Below the pieces are notes generated by a model. That model saw nothing but the letters and a program-made list of their open reading frames with translations. It was not told where the DNA came from and did not search any database. Below, in pieces: positions 1 through 9,005 of a stretch of 16,635 nucleotides of DNA. This stretch comes from an uncultured delta proteobacterium (GTDB lineage: Bacteria > Desulfobacterota > BSN033 > UBA1163). The position numbers and the translations under genes were made by a program. The stretch covers positions 1-16,635 of the forward strand of contig CAVPSJ010000010.1 in assembly GCA_963708295.1 (NCBI GenBank), read 5' to 3'. How positions within the stretch are numbered: position 1 is the first letter of the stretch; the number at the start of each line of letters is the position of its first letter.

Positions 1-1299
1 GCTGCCATACGAAGAATCGCAAATCCGTTGTCGAACCAAAGCGGAGAGTCATTACCGGCTGAAGACGTCGACGTTCTCGTGGTGGGAGGCGGGATGGCAG
101 GCGCGGGCGCAGCCGTCGCAGCCGGAAGGATGGGGTTGAAGACACTTCTCGTGGAGTCCTTTGGATGTCTGGGCGGAAATGGAACTTCGGGGATGGTAAA
201 CAATTTCTGCGGCTATACGACAAGCGGGCCCAATAAGGTTCAAATCGTGCAAGGGATCGGTGGAGAGATACATAAGAAGTTGTTTCAAAGGAATGGGGTC
301 GGCTCGATGACGAGTTACACCTTGAATCCGGAGATTCTGAAGATGGTGTTGGATGAAGAGATGGCCGAAGCAAACGTCAAGCTTCTGTACTATTCGCAAG
401 TGGTTGATTCGATTCTAGAAAAGAACATTATCAAGGGAGTATTCATTGAGAATAAGGGAGGGCGTCAGGCTATCCTGGCAAAAAGGGTTCTGGATTGCAG
501 CGGGGATGGTGACGTATGTGCTTCAGCCGGCGTCCCCTTTGAGTTGGGAGACGGAAAGGGCGGATTTCTGGCCTGCGACATGGTTTTCCATGTCATAAAC
601 GTCGGCCCAAATTTCAACGCCAGTACGGTCAATGCGGCGGCAGCGGAGGCCATAAAATCGGGAGAATACAAGATCACCAGGCCACAAGCCATTATCCAGA
701 ATATCATGATCCCGGGGGCATTCTGGGTCAACTGGGCCGGGGTTCCAAAGACAGTGAATGGCATTGATCCATACAATCTTACTCAAGCTTCCATTGAGGG
801 AAGAAAAGTTGTCCTTGAATTACGGAGGTTTCTCAGAGAGAAGATAGCTGGCATGGAGAGCGCGGAGGTCGTTGATACTGCGCCGAAAATAGGTTTAAGA
901 GAGACCCGAAGAGTGATGGGGGGACATTTGTTGACGGGTGAGGAAGTATTAGCGGGGGCAAAGTTCAAAGATGGGATTGGAGCATGTGCCTGGCCCGTTG
1001 AGTTCGTTGACCCCGTGAAGGGAAGAAAGTTTGTTTTTCTGAAGGATGGCGATTTTTATACGATTCCGTATCGATGCTTAATCCCCAAGAAAGTAGAAAA
1101 CTTACTGATGGCCGGAAGATTTGTCAGCTGTAATCACGAGGCTCAGGCGTCGGCCCGGGTCATGGGACCGGCGGTCGTCATGGGTCAGGCGATCGGCATC
1201 GCTGCAGCACTTTCCATTAAAAAGGGAGTGTCGCCAAGAGACCTGGATGTTAGTCTTTTGCAGCAGGAATTGGCAACGGCTGGAGCTTTCCTGGGGTGA
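1..1299 (+). CDS. FAD-dependent oxidoreductase (FAD_oxidored / PF12831-like); 5' end may lie outside the window
   Basis: Rossmann motif DVLVVGGGMAG, then LGGNGTSG, DCSGDGD, GLRETRR, YTIPYRCLIP..VENLLMAGRFVS and ASARVMGPAVVMGQAIG. Frame is open from position 1 (ORF track start is a TTG at 28); stop TGA at 1297-1299. Confidence 0.9.
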   Translation, partial: AAIRRIANPLSNQSGESLPAEDVDVLVVGGGMAGAGAAVAAGRMGLKTLLVESFGCLGGNGTSGMVNNFCGYTTSGPNKVQIVQGIGGEIHKKLFQRNGVGSMTSYTLNPEILKMVLDEEMAEANVKLLYYSQVVDSILEKNIIKGVFIENKGGRQAILAKRVLDCSGDGDVCASAGVPFELGDGKGGFLACDMVFHVINVGPNFNASTVNAAAAEAIKSGEYKITRPQAIIQNIMIPGAFWVNWAGVPKTVNGIDPYNLTQASIEGRKVVLELRRFLREKIAGMESAEVVDTAPKIGLRETRRVMGGHLLTGEEVLAGAKFKDGIGACAWPVEFVDPVKGRKFVFLKDGDFYTIPYRCLIPKKVENLLMAGRFVSCNHEAQASARVMGPAVVMGQAIGIAAALSIKKGVSPRDLDVSLLQQELATAGAFLG

Positions 1300-1355
1300 C
1301 GAAGCGATCTGTCATAATGGAGAATCTCAGAATGTATTCTTGAAAGGAGAAGATC

Positions 1356-2295
1356 ATGAGACGGTTTGCTCTTGTCGTTGGCTTATTTTTAGTCGTTTAT
1401 GGATGGAGTGTGGCAATCCCCCCTGTTCAGGCGCAACCTTACCCTAATCACCCCATTCAGCTGGTCATCCCCGGCGCCGCCGGTCTCATGCAGGATATCC
1501 CCGGCAGGCTTCTATCCGAGGAAGTGGGAAAGCTTATTAAACCGCAGATTGTCGTGCTGAACAAACCGGGTGCCTCGATGACCCTGGCACGGACACTGTG
1601 GCAAAGAGTAGAAAGGATGGTTACACATTGCTTTTCACTGCCACGGCCCCTCTTTCTATCCGCGCGTTTTTGATCCCAAGCCGTTCCTTCGATCCGGACA
1701 AGGAGCTGGAACATTTGGGCGGGCGTGCACTGATTTCCTTAGGTGACCGTTCGGAAAGTTCCCCCTGGAAAACGTTTGGTGAATTAATAGGCTCTGCCAA
1801 GAAGAATCCCGAGAAACTTGGTAGGCACTCCGGGCGTTGAGACGCTGCGAACTTAGACCCTCAAATCATTCAGAGGTTAACCAATACCCGGTTCATTCGC
1901 ATCCCCATCACCAAAGGCCCTGCGTGTCTTTCTCGGGGGACACATTGAAGTCATGGTGCTCCCCATTATGGAGGTCATTTCCTATGCCGAGGCTAAGAAG
2001 TTGAGGATCCTTTTGGTGGCAACAAAATGCGGGGATCCCCAATGTTCCCACACCCCGGGATTTGGGCTACACAACGGACCTCCTCCCAACCTCGTTCGGA
2101 TTTTCTGGGCCATCCGCAATGCCGGAGGAGGTGAAGAAAGTCTTAGTGCCGACTATTGAGCAAGTGATACGAATCCCCGAGATGAACACCAAACTCGAAA
2201 GGATGCATTTCGTCGTTGACTATAAGTCTCCTGCAGAGATGAAGAAATTGGTCACGGAAGAATCTGGAACCTTCAACGGCATGGCCAAGACATAG
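1356..2295 (+). CDS. Bug/TctC-family tripartite tricarboxylate transporter substrate-binding protein; multiply frameshifted (sequencing error or pseudogene)
   Basis: Signal peptide then AQPYPNHPIQLVIPGAAG, IVVLNKPGAS, KDGYTLL, SPWKTFGEL..AKKNP, GGHIEV, P..MPEEVKKVL, KSPAEMKK, spread over ORFs 1356..1673, 1598..1840, 1953..2159 and 2062..2295. Purine-rich RBS (GAAAGGAGAAG) before ATG 1356. Confidence 0.85.
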
Positions 2296-2707
2296 GCCGG
2301 GCAAGTGATTTTGATTTCATGAGGAGGGGCATGATACAAGCTTTCTATCTTCCTCCTATGATTTCAAAAAGTACTGGAGATAAGTACGGGGGGAGAGACT
2401 TTATTTTCGTTGCGGCTGTCTGAAGATGAAGACAAGCAGATTTGACAAGTTTCCTTCTCGGGTCGCGATCCTGGCGGGTGGAGGCTGTATCGTGTCCGTC
2501 TTTCGAATCGCCTTACACTATTGTTTCCAGATTGTGCATTCGCCTGAGCAGGACATTGGAACGCGTTATTTTCGCTTCAGTATTTTTATTTTCATTGTTC
2601 CTCGCATTGGATACCTGCATGGTGCACCATTCAAGTTGAGTTCGGCAGTTTCATTGTCTCCATAAATCTTGACGAAATGGTTTTGAAGTTTCCGTCGCCC
2701 TATCGGC

Positions 2708-2801
2708 TCGATTGTGTCGTTCCCCGTGACGGAATCGAGAACCGGAAACCGATCCCTGCTGGAGTTTATCCCGGTGAACATGGGGCAGGAAAGACAATCG
2801 A
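2708..2801. repeat. Degenerate REP-like palindromic element
   Basis: TCGATTGT (2708-2715) pairs with ACAATCGA (2794-2801); TGTCGTTCC with GGAAAGACA (8/9); inner CCTGC (2755-2759) with GCAGG (2785-2789). Resembles GTCATTCCCG...GGAATC...GATTCCYGC...GCRGGAATGAC repeats. Confidence 0.5.
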
Positions 2802-2832
2802 TAATACCAGCTTTAGGGGCTCAAATTTTTAT

Positions 2833-2861
2833 TTGGCAAATCGGTTGATCCATAATATACT
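2833..2861 (+). promoter_or_regulatory. Putative sigma70 promoter for the ABC ATPase
   Basis: TTGGCA (2833-2838), 17-nt spacer, TATACT (2856-2861); about 90 nt upstream of ATG 2951. Confidence 0.5.
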
Positions 2862-2915
2862 CTTCTCTATTATGGGTTCAGAATCCGGAATTCGGATGAA
2901 GTGTCTCTCTTTTTA

Positions 2916-2950
2916 ATTCCGCACTCTGCATTCCGCAATCCGCAATCTAA
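2916..2950 (+). repeat. Heptamer tandem array (A[T/A/C]TC[C/T]GC type)
   Basis: ATTCCGC ACTCTGC ATTCCGC AATCCGC AATCTAA, directly abutting ATG 2951. Confidence 0.8.
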
Positions 2951-3924
2951 ATGACAATGGCCTACGCAATCAACGCAAAAGGGATATTTAAGACCTTCCA
3001 TTCGGGTTGGTGGAAGAAGCGGCATAAGGAAGCCCTGAAGGGGGTCGACCTCCAGGTCGAAGAAAGGGAAATTTTCGGCATCCTGGGGCCCAACAGGCGC
3101 GGGAAGACGACGCTTTATCGATTTTCTGCACCTTACTGCTTCCAGATCGGGGCGATGTTCGCTTTTGGGCATGAATGGTCTCTCTGACGGACATCAAATC
3201 AGGAAACGAGTGAACTTCGTGAGCGGAAATGCCAACTTTCTCTGGAGCCTGACCGTAAAGGAGAATCTTCACTACTATGGCATGCTTACGGGTTGGCGAG
3301 AAAAGAGCGAGAGAAAAAGGTTGAAACATTGATCGATATTTTCAACCTGGCAGAGCACAGAAATATTCCTTTTGACGAGCTTTCAACCGGGACGAAGCAG
3401 CGACTCACCCTTGCAAAATCCCTTATTAACGACCCCGATGTTCTCTTTTTGGATGAACCCACCGTCGGACTCGATCCGGACATTTCGATTCGGATTCGGG
3501 AGGAGATTCTCTCGATTCATAAAGAAAGGGGTATGACTGTCCTCGTCACCACGCATAATATGAAGGAGGCGGAATATCTTTGCGGTCGCATCGCTTTCTT
3601 GAAAGAGGGAAAGATCCTTACTACCGGAACAGCAGATGCCTTGAAACGAATGGTTCGAATCGGGGATCGGATAAAGATCGAATTTAGGGGGAGGATATCC
3701 AGGAAGACGAATTGCTCCGCGCCGAAGGTGTGATCAATTTTACGGTTTCCGATAGCTTATGTGAAATCGTGGTGGATGACGGAGAGAGAAGGTTAGGGAG
3801 CTTAATCGCCTTGCTTTCGCAGGGCGACGTTCAGATCAAAAGGGTCACGCTAGGGCAGACCGATCTGGAAGATGTGTTCGTCGAATTTGCAAAGAAAGAG
3901 CAGAGTTCTGATTTCGAGAGATGA
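2951..3924 (+). CDS. ABC transporter ATP-binding protein (ABC-2/DrrA-type exporter), frameshifted
   Basis: EALKGVDLQVEEREIFGILGPNxxGKTT (Walker A), signature LSTGTKQRL, Walker B VLFLDEPTVGLDP, H-loop TTHNMKEAE, C-terminal TDLEDVF. Pieces in ORFs 2951..3187, 3293..3733 and 3712..3924, plus a bridging frame (IRKRVNFVSGNANFLWSLTVKENL). Confidence 0.9.
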
Positions 3925-3970
3925 TAAGACTGACTCATCGGGCCATCATTGAGAAAAAATAAGTTGCGAA

Positions 3971-4096
3971 AATCTCCCCATACCCCTCTCCTTCGATAAG
4001 CTCAGGATGGTGAGCAAGTCGAACCATTTGCTAAAGAGGGGTAAATTCCATCCTTGGTAAGCTTGCCCGCCGGTAAGCAGGGAGGGGAAGAGGGAT
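3971..4096. repeat. Composite nested palindromic (REP-like) element
   Basis: TACCCCTCT (3981-3989) / AGAGGGGTA (4035-4043), interrupted by the hairpin CCTTCGATAAGCTCAGGATGGTGAGCAAGTCGAACCA (3990-4026). A second insert GCTTGCCCGCCGGTAAGCAGG lies at about 4061-4081. Confidence 0.7.
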
Positions 4097-4107
4097 CGTG
4101 GTGGATT

Positions 4108-5662
4108 ATGAACGGGGCTGAACTGCTTATAAAGACTGCGATCGGGGCAGGGGTGAAGGTCTGTTTTGCTAATCCGGGGACGACAGAACTACCCATCGTT
4201 ACAGCGCTTGACAGAGTGCCGGGGATCAGAGCCTATCTAGGCCTCTTCGAGGGTGTTTGTACCGGCGCTGCCGACGGATACGGGCGGATGCTGGATAAGC
4301 CAGCGATGGTGCTGCTTCACCTGGGGCCCGGTTTTGCCAATGGGATAGCGAATCTGCACAACGCACGGCGTGCCAAATCGCCGGTGCTGAACGTCGTCGG
4401 CGAACATGCGACCTGGCACCGGGATGCGGACCCGCCGCTCGCCATGGATATTGAAAGCCTTGCCAGGACGGTCTCAGGATGGTGGCGAACGAGCAAATCA
4501 GCTCAGAACATTCCGTCGGACATCGCGCACGCTGTGACTGCGACTCGGCTGGGTCAGGTTGCAACCCTGATCGTACCCCATGATTTTCAACTGGCTGAAT
4601 CCGATGGGTACAAGGTGATGGAGCTTGGAAGACCATTTGACCCCCTTGAAACCAATTCTCTAGAAGCAATAGCCTCTCGGTTGAAAACCTTTCGTAAGGT
4701 GGCGGTGATGCTTGGCGGAAGGGGATTGCGAGAGCGTGGCCTGAAAGCAGCCGCCCGCATCCGGAAGAGAATAGGATGCGATCTTCTAGCCCCGACCCTT
4801 CCTGGATATATGGAACGTGGTCCAGGACTGCCCATGGTCGAGCGCATTCCATATTTTCCGGAGCGGGCAGTTGACATGGTTTCGCGTTATGAGATAGTCC
4901 TCTTTGCCGGGGCCTCGGAGCCCGTGACCTTCTTCGGGTACCCTGGTGTCAGGAGCCAAATCTTATCCGATGACCAGGAGAGAATTAATCTATGCACAGA
5001 CAAGCAGAATGTCGTGGAGGCGCTCGAGTCCCCTGGCGGATGTTCTGAATGCGCCTTCGGATTTGACCGTTGAGGGTAATCTCACAAAGCCGAAGCGGCC
5101 GGGAATACCGGAGGGAGAGCTTACAGCCGAAAAGGTCTGCCTCACCCTGGCAGCAATGCAGCCGGAGAATGCCATCATTGTCGACGAAGCCGTGACGACA
5201 GGATTGTCTTATTTCCTTCTCCCAACCGCGCTCCCGGCCCATAGCGTCGTGAATGTCTCGGGTGGCTCCATCGGGCAAGGCATGCCCTGTGCCACCGGTG
5301 CTGCAATCGCCTGTCCCGATCGGCCGGTGATTGACCTGCAGGCGGATGGGAGTGCCCTGTACACCGTTCAGGCCCTGTGGACACAAGCTCGTGAGGCCTT
5401 GAACGTTACCACCCTGATCTGCTCGAACCGGAGTTACCGCATATTGCAGATGGAGCTATCCCGTTCCGGTATCGAGCCCTATGGTCCCAATACCCGGGTA
5501 CTGACAGAGCTGACAAACCCCCCGATCGATTGGGTGAGAATCGCTCAGGGGTTTGGAGTCCCGGGGGTTACTGTTAGCACCGCCAAAGACCTTGCACGGG
5601 AGCTGGGTAGAGCCCTTTCTGAGCCGGGCCCCCATCTGATCGAGATGTTATTGCCAAGATGA
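4108..5662 (+). CDS. Acetolactate synthase large subunit-like ThDP-dependent enzyme; one frameshift near 5030
   Basis: MNGAELL...VCFANPGTTE, LGLFEGVCTGAADGYGRM, LLHLGPGFANGIANLHNARRA; C-terminal ThDP motif GGSIGQGMP..ADGSALYT..NRSYRIL, GPHLIE. ORFs 4054..5073 and 4946..5662 join by removing one C in GAGTCCCCTG. Confidence 0.9.
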
Positions 5663-5744
5663 GAGATTTTGGCGGGATCAGGCTACCCAGCTTTAGAATG
5701 CGGTCATTTATGGGCAATGACACAGCTTCCTTGGGAGGGAAGGG

Positions 5745-6554
5745 ATGTTGGAGGTTTCATTGGATTTGCAAAAAGGACTGATTCAAACATGGGCCTTCGT
5801 GTTTAAGAACTGGATCATCGCGAAACGAAACATCTTCAGCCTCTTCGAGATCCTTTTCTGGCCGGTGGTGGGCTTTTTTTCCGTGGGTTTTTTAACGAGC
5901 TTTCTGGAACTGGACCCTAACAAGACCGGCTTCATTCTTCTCGGTATTATCGCCATGAGTGTGATTCAGGTCTGCCAGATTGATGTGGCCTATGTGTTGC
6001 TCTACGACCTCTGGTCAAAATCTCTCAAACATACATTCATTGCCCCGGTCCAATCCTTCCAGCTGATTTTGGGCTCCTGGCTGATCGGGGTGGTTCGTTC
6101 GTTCTTCGTCTTTTTGGTACTTTCGGTTTGCAGCAGCCTTGTCTTTGGGTTCGACTTTTGGCGGCCGGGGCTGGGTCCTCTTATCCTTTTTCTTTTAGGC
6201 ATCTTCCTCACCGCTGCCTCGGTGGGGATGAGCGTTTGTATTTTGGTTCTCCTCTTCGGATATATGGCTGACATCGCGGCCTGGTCCTTGAGCAGCCTGA
6301 TGGCCCTGGTTTGTGGGATCTACTATCCTGTCTTCATCCTTCCTTTTCCCTTCCCGGAAATAGCCCAGGCCATTCCCCTGACGTATTTTCTGGCATACTT
6401 CCGTTCTTTTTATGGTTTCGACGAGGGGTTTAAGAACGTTCTAAGTTGGGGGTTCGGTTTGGCTGGATTTTATGTTGTCGTTGAAGCAATCCTTTTCAAG
6501 GCTGTGCTGCAGCGAGCGAGAAGGACCGGCGCCCTGATTAAGCTTTCGGAGTAA
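5745..6554 (+). CDS. ABC-2 type transporter permease
   Basis: 269 aa with about 6 hydrophobic segments and the ABC-2 motif GIYYPVFILP..IAQAIPLTY; GGAGG upstream. Confidence 0.88.
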   Translation: MLEVSLDLQKGLIQTWAFVFKNWIIAKRNIFSLFEILFWPVVGFFSVGFLTSFLELDPNKTGFILLGIIAMSVIQVCQIDVAYVLLYDLWSKSLKHTFIAPVQSFQLILGSWLIGVVRSFFVFLVLSVCSSLVFGFDFWRPGLGPLILFLLGIFLTAASVGMSVCILVLLFGYMADIAAWSLSSLMALVCGIYYPVFILPFPFPEIAQAIPLTYFLAYFRSFYGFDEGFKNVLSWGFGLAGFYVVVEAILFKAVLQRARRTGALIKLSE

Positions 6555-6558
6555 CCGC

Positions 6559-6614
6559 GCTCAAAGCTGAAGGGTGAAAGCTGAAAGCTCAAAGCTCAAA
6601 GCTCAAAGCTCAAA
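6559..6614 (+). repeat. Heptamer tandem array (GCTSAAA), 8 units
   Basis: GCTCAAA GCTGAAG GGTGAAA GCTGAAA GCTCAAA x4, between two convergent stop codons. A second heptamer type (GTCCTGC ACTCCGC ATTCCCA) follows at 6635-6655. Confidence 0.9.
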
Positions 6615-6657
6615 GATTCAAACCTTAATGATTCGTCCTGCACTCCGCATTCCCAGA

Positions 6658-7452
6658 TTATAATGTTTCCCACATTCGCTTTATCTTCTCTTTGCTGATC
6701 TTGAGGTAATCCCTGTCTTTGGAGAAGACTTCGAGGGTGATGGTCTCATCATACTGGACCTGTTTGAGTTCTTTGATAATCTTTTCGAAATCGATCATCC
6801 CGGCACCGATCGGCAAATGAGCATCTTCCTTTCCGAAGTTATCGTTGGCGTGGACATGGCCAATTCGGTAACCATGGAGGCGGATAAACTCCGAGGATCT
6901 GTTCTTCCCAGCGCCGAGATTGGCATGGCCAACATCCAGGGCAAGCTGAATTTCCGGAAAAGTATCGAAGACGGCCTGGAACTCATGAGGTTGCGAGAGA
7001 AAGCGAGCCTGGGGAAACATGTTTTCAATGCAGAGGGTGATATTGAGGCTCACGGCCTTCCTCAAGATGGCTTCGAGAGATTCCATTGCATATCCCTTTG
7101 CCCTGTCCAGGACGAATTTCCCCATACCGGTGATGAAAGCAGGGTGAAGCACGGCTTTTTCGATTCCCAATTCCGCCGAGGCCTCGAGGGCTGCAAAATT
7201 TTCCTGAAGAGAGGCCTTCCTTAGACTCTCGTAGAGGTCGGAGGTCCAGACAAACGTGGGAAGGTGTGTCATGATACCCATTGGATATCGATCCAAAAGG
7301 CCGAGGATCGCCCGTTTTTGTCCCAGGATTTTTTGTGGAAATGCCTCAGGAGGATCCATGGTCAGTTCCACATAATCGAAACCCATCTCTCCGATCTCTT
7401 CTATCTCCCTCAGCAGTGGCTTGATCGGAAAATTCATCGCCCCGTATCTCAT
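6658..7452 (-). CDS. Sugar phosphate isomerase/epimerase family protein (xylose isomerase-like/AP endonuclease 2 TIM barrel)
   Basis: GFDYVEL, VLHP, CIENM, LDVGHA, HVHANDN..EDAHLPIGAG.IDF, TLEVF metal-binding pattern; intact 264 aa ORF. Confidence 0.88.
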   Translation of the reverse strand: MRYGAMNFPIKPLLREIEEIGEMGFDYVELTMDPPEAFPQKILGQKRAILGLLDRYPMGIMTHLPTFVWTSDLYESLRKASLQENFAALEASAELGIEKAVLHPAFITGMGKFVLDRAKGYAMESLEAILRKAVSLNITLCIENMFPQARFLSQPHEFQAVFDTFPEIQLALDVGHANLGAGKNRSSEFIRLHGYRIGHVHANDNFGKEDAHLPIGAGMIDFEKIIKELKQVQYDETITLEVFSKDRDYLKISKEKIKRMWETL

Positions 7453-7514
7453 GATGAACTCCCATTCGGTAGATCAAAAGTGGTAAAGCGGAAATTGTGT
7501 TTCCGAGGACTCTC

Positions 7515-7608
7515 TTCGAACTTTGGGCTTTCAGCTTTGAGCCTTCAGCCTTGGATCTCATAGCTCTTGATTCTTAACTCTGAACTCCTTACTCCGAACT
7601 CCGAACTT
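7515..7608 (-). repeat. Two heptamer arrays: inverted GCTSAAA type and AACTCCG type
   Basis: + strand TTCGAAC TTTGGGC TTTCAGC TTTGAGC CTTCAGC (7515-7549), and AACTCTG AACTCCT TACTCCG AACTCCG AACTT (7576-7608). Confidence 0.8.
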
Positions 7609-8931
7609 GTTTTTTAGCTTCTCTCACCCAAATCCTAATCTTTGCTTTTTGGGGAGGAGCCCCTTCCCCCGGGACACCTGCTCGATCTTATCATAAAGGA
7701 TTTCAGGATTCTCCTTTGCAAGCGAAGAAATCGAATCGATGCCCACTCCTTCTAATGAGCGAAGGTTCCCGACCCCGAGTCCTTTTAACCGAACCAGGCG
7801 GGCTTTCTCGACCCATTGAATGAGTGATTCCTTGGGAATAAGGAGGCGAAGCGCCAGTTCGTCCATTTCTCTCTTTTCTCTGGTTTTTGAAAGAAGGTCG
7901 CCCAAGGTTGCGATCCCTACTTTCGGAAGCTCTTTTCGGTAGTGAGGCTCTATCCAATAAGCATCCTCGATTCTGGGATAATAGGAGTCAACGGTATTTG
8001 AGTCGATGGCCCTGAACATAAAGACGCAGAAAATTCCAATGAGAATGGCCGTCAAGATGATCGTCATGGGTCTCGTCTTTTTCTGCTGATGCAGGCGACA
8101 GGTGGATTCTTCCCAACCCCTCCCAGACCGAAACAGAGAGATGAAGTTATACATCACATAAGCTTGAACCGCAAAAGGAGGAAAGCCGAGAAAACCGAGG
8201 AAAGGCATTTCAAACCCTTTTGGCCTTTCAAAGAAAGGGACCGTGTAAACCCATTTCGACAGGGCCCAAAAATTCCACAGCTCCCAGAGAAAGCCGCAGA
8301 TCAGTCCAGCAACGAGCAAAAGGTATATTTTTTGCGGACTTCCTTCTTCCAGATCTTTCAAGAGAGATTTGTTCCCGAGCCTGTAATTTAAGGGGTCCAG
8401 GAGAAAGATGAATCCGACCCAGATCAGGGGAAACAAATATTCAGGGACGAGCACGGATGACGCCAGGCAGAAGATTCCCAGGAGAATCAGAATGAAATGT
8501 CCTCCGGGCGAAAGGGCCGTTTTCTTGATCCTACATTTCCTAAACAATCCCAAAGACTCCAATAATTCAGTCGTCTCGAACATCCCCGGGAGGACGGTCC
8601 CATAGGCAACCGCGTAGCCCAACCATCTCTCGACCGTAGAGTGGGGAAGGTTGATATAAAACCAATTTTCTAAAGAGAGATTGGCAGCTTCGAAGATCAA
8701 CCAGATGAAGATGGACCAGGGAATCATGAGAAGAAACTCTTTGTTTCGATTCATGATGAGAGAATTTCCTTTTAAACGATAAATGACTGCGTCGACAGTG
8801 AGGATATAAGACCACCAGGCAAAGGAATAAAACCAGCTGTAAAAGGGATCGATCTTTTTGAAAACAGCGATTTCAGAAACCAGGAGGAGAAGGATCCCGA
8901 AAATGCCATGAAGGGGAAGGTTCTTTTTCAT
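7589..8931 (-). CDS. Multi-pass membrane protein with C-terminal DUF4332-like (helix-hairpin-helix) domain; probable frameshift near 7660
   Basis: Likely start MKKNLPLHG at 8931. About 9 hydrophobic segments, then YRKELPKVGIATLGDLL...WVEKARLVRLKGLG...LEGVGIDSISSLAKENP. An alternative frame after the G-runs gives APPQKAKIRIWVREAKKQVRSSE* (stop 7589-7591), matching the usual DUF4332 end better than the ORF-track stop at 7624. Confidence 0.78.
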
Positions 8932-9005
8932 CAAGCCTAATTTAGCATATTCGCAATCTTCAGACAATTGCGATGAAGTTTCTTGAAGCTCCGCCCGTTC
9001 ATCCC

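Noticed and set aside
2834-2848. sigma54 promoter at TGGCAAATCGGTTGA
   Set aside because: The -12 dinucleotide is GA rather than GC; the sigma70 reading fits better.
2426-2916. Short ORFs 2426..2665, 2442..2639, 2566..2781 and 2677..2916
   Set aside because: Mutually overlapping, no recognisable motifs, partly built from the palindromic element.
4054-4107. TTG start extension of the ALS-like gene
   Set aside because: It lies inside the repeat element; MNGAE at 4108 is the family-typical start.
4226-4852. 208-aa antisense ORF and the many other shadow ORFs opposite real genes
   Set aside because: Fully antisense or out of frame to well-supported CDSs, with no family motifs.
5025-5040. Programmed ribosomal frameshifting as the cause of split genes
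   Set aside because: No consistent slippery heptamers or stimulatory structures; shifts are numerous, in both directions and in families not known to frameshift.
6559-6614. Tandem repeats as a CRISPR array
   Set aside because: 7-bp units with no spacers and no cas genes.
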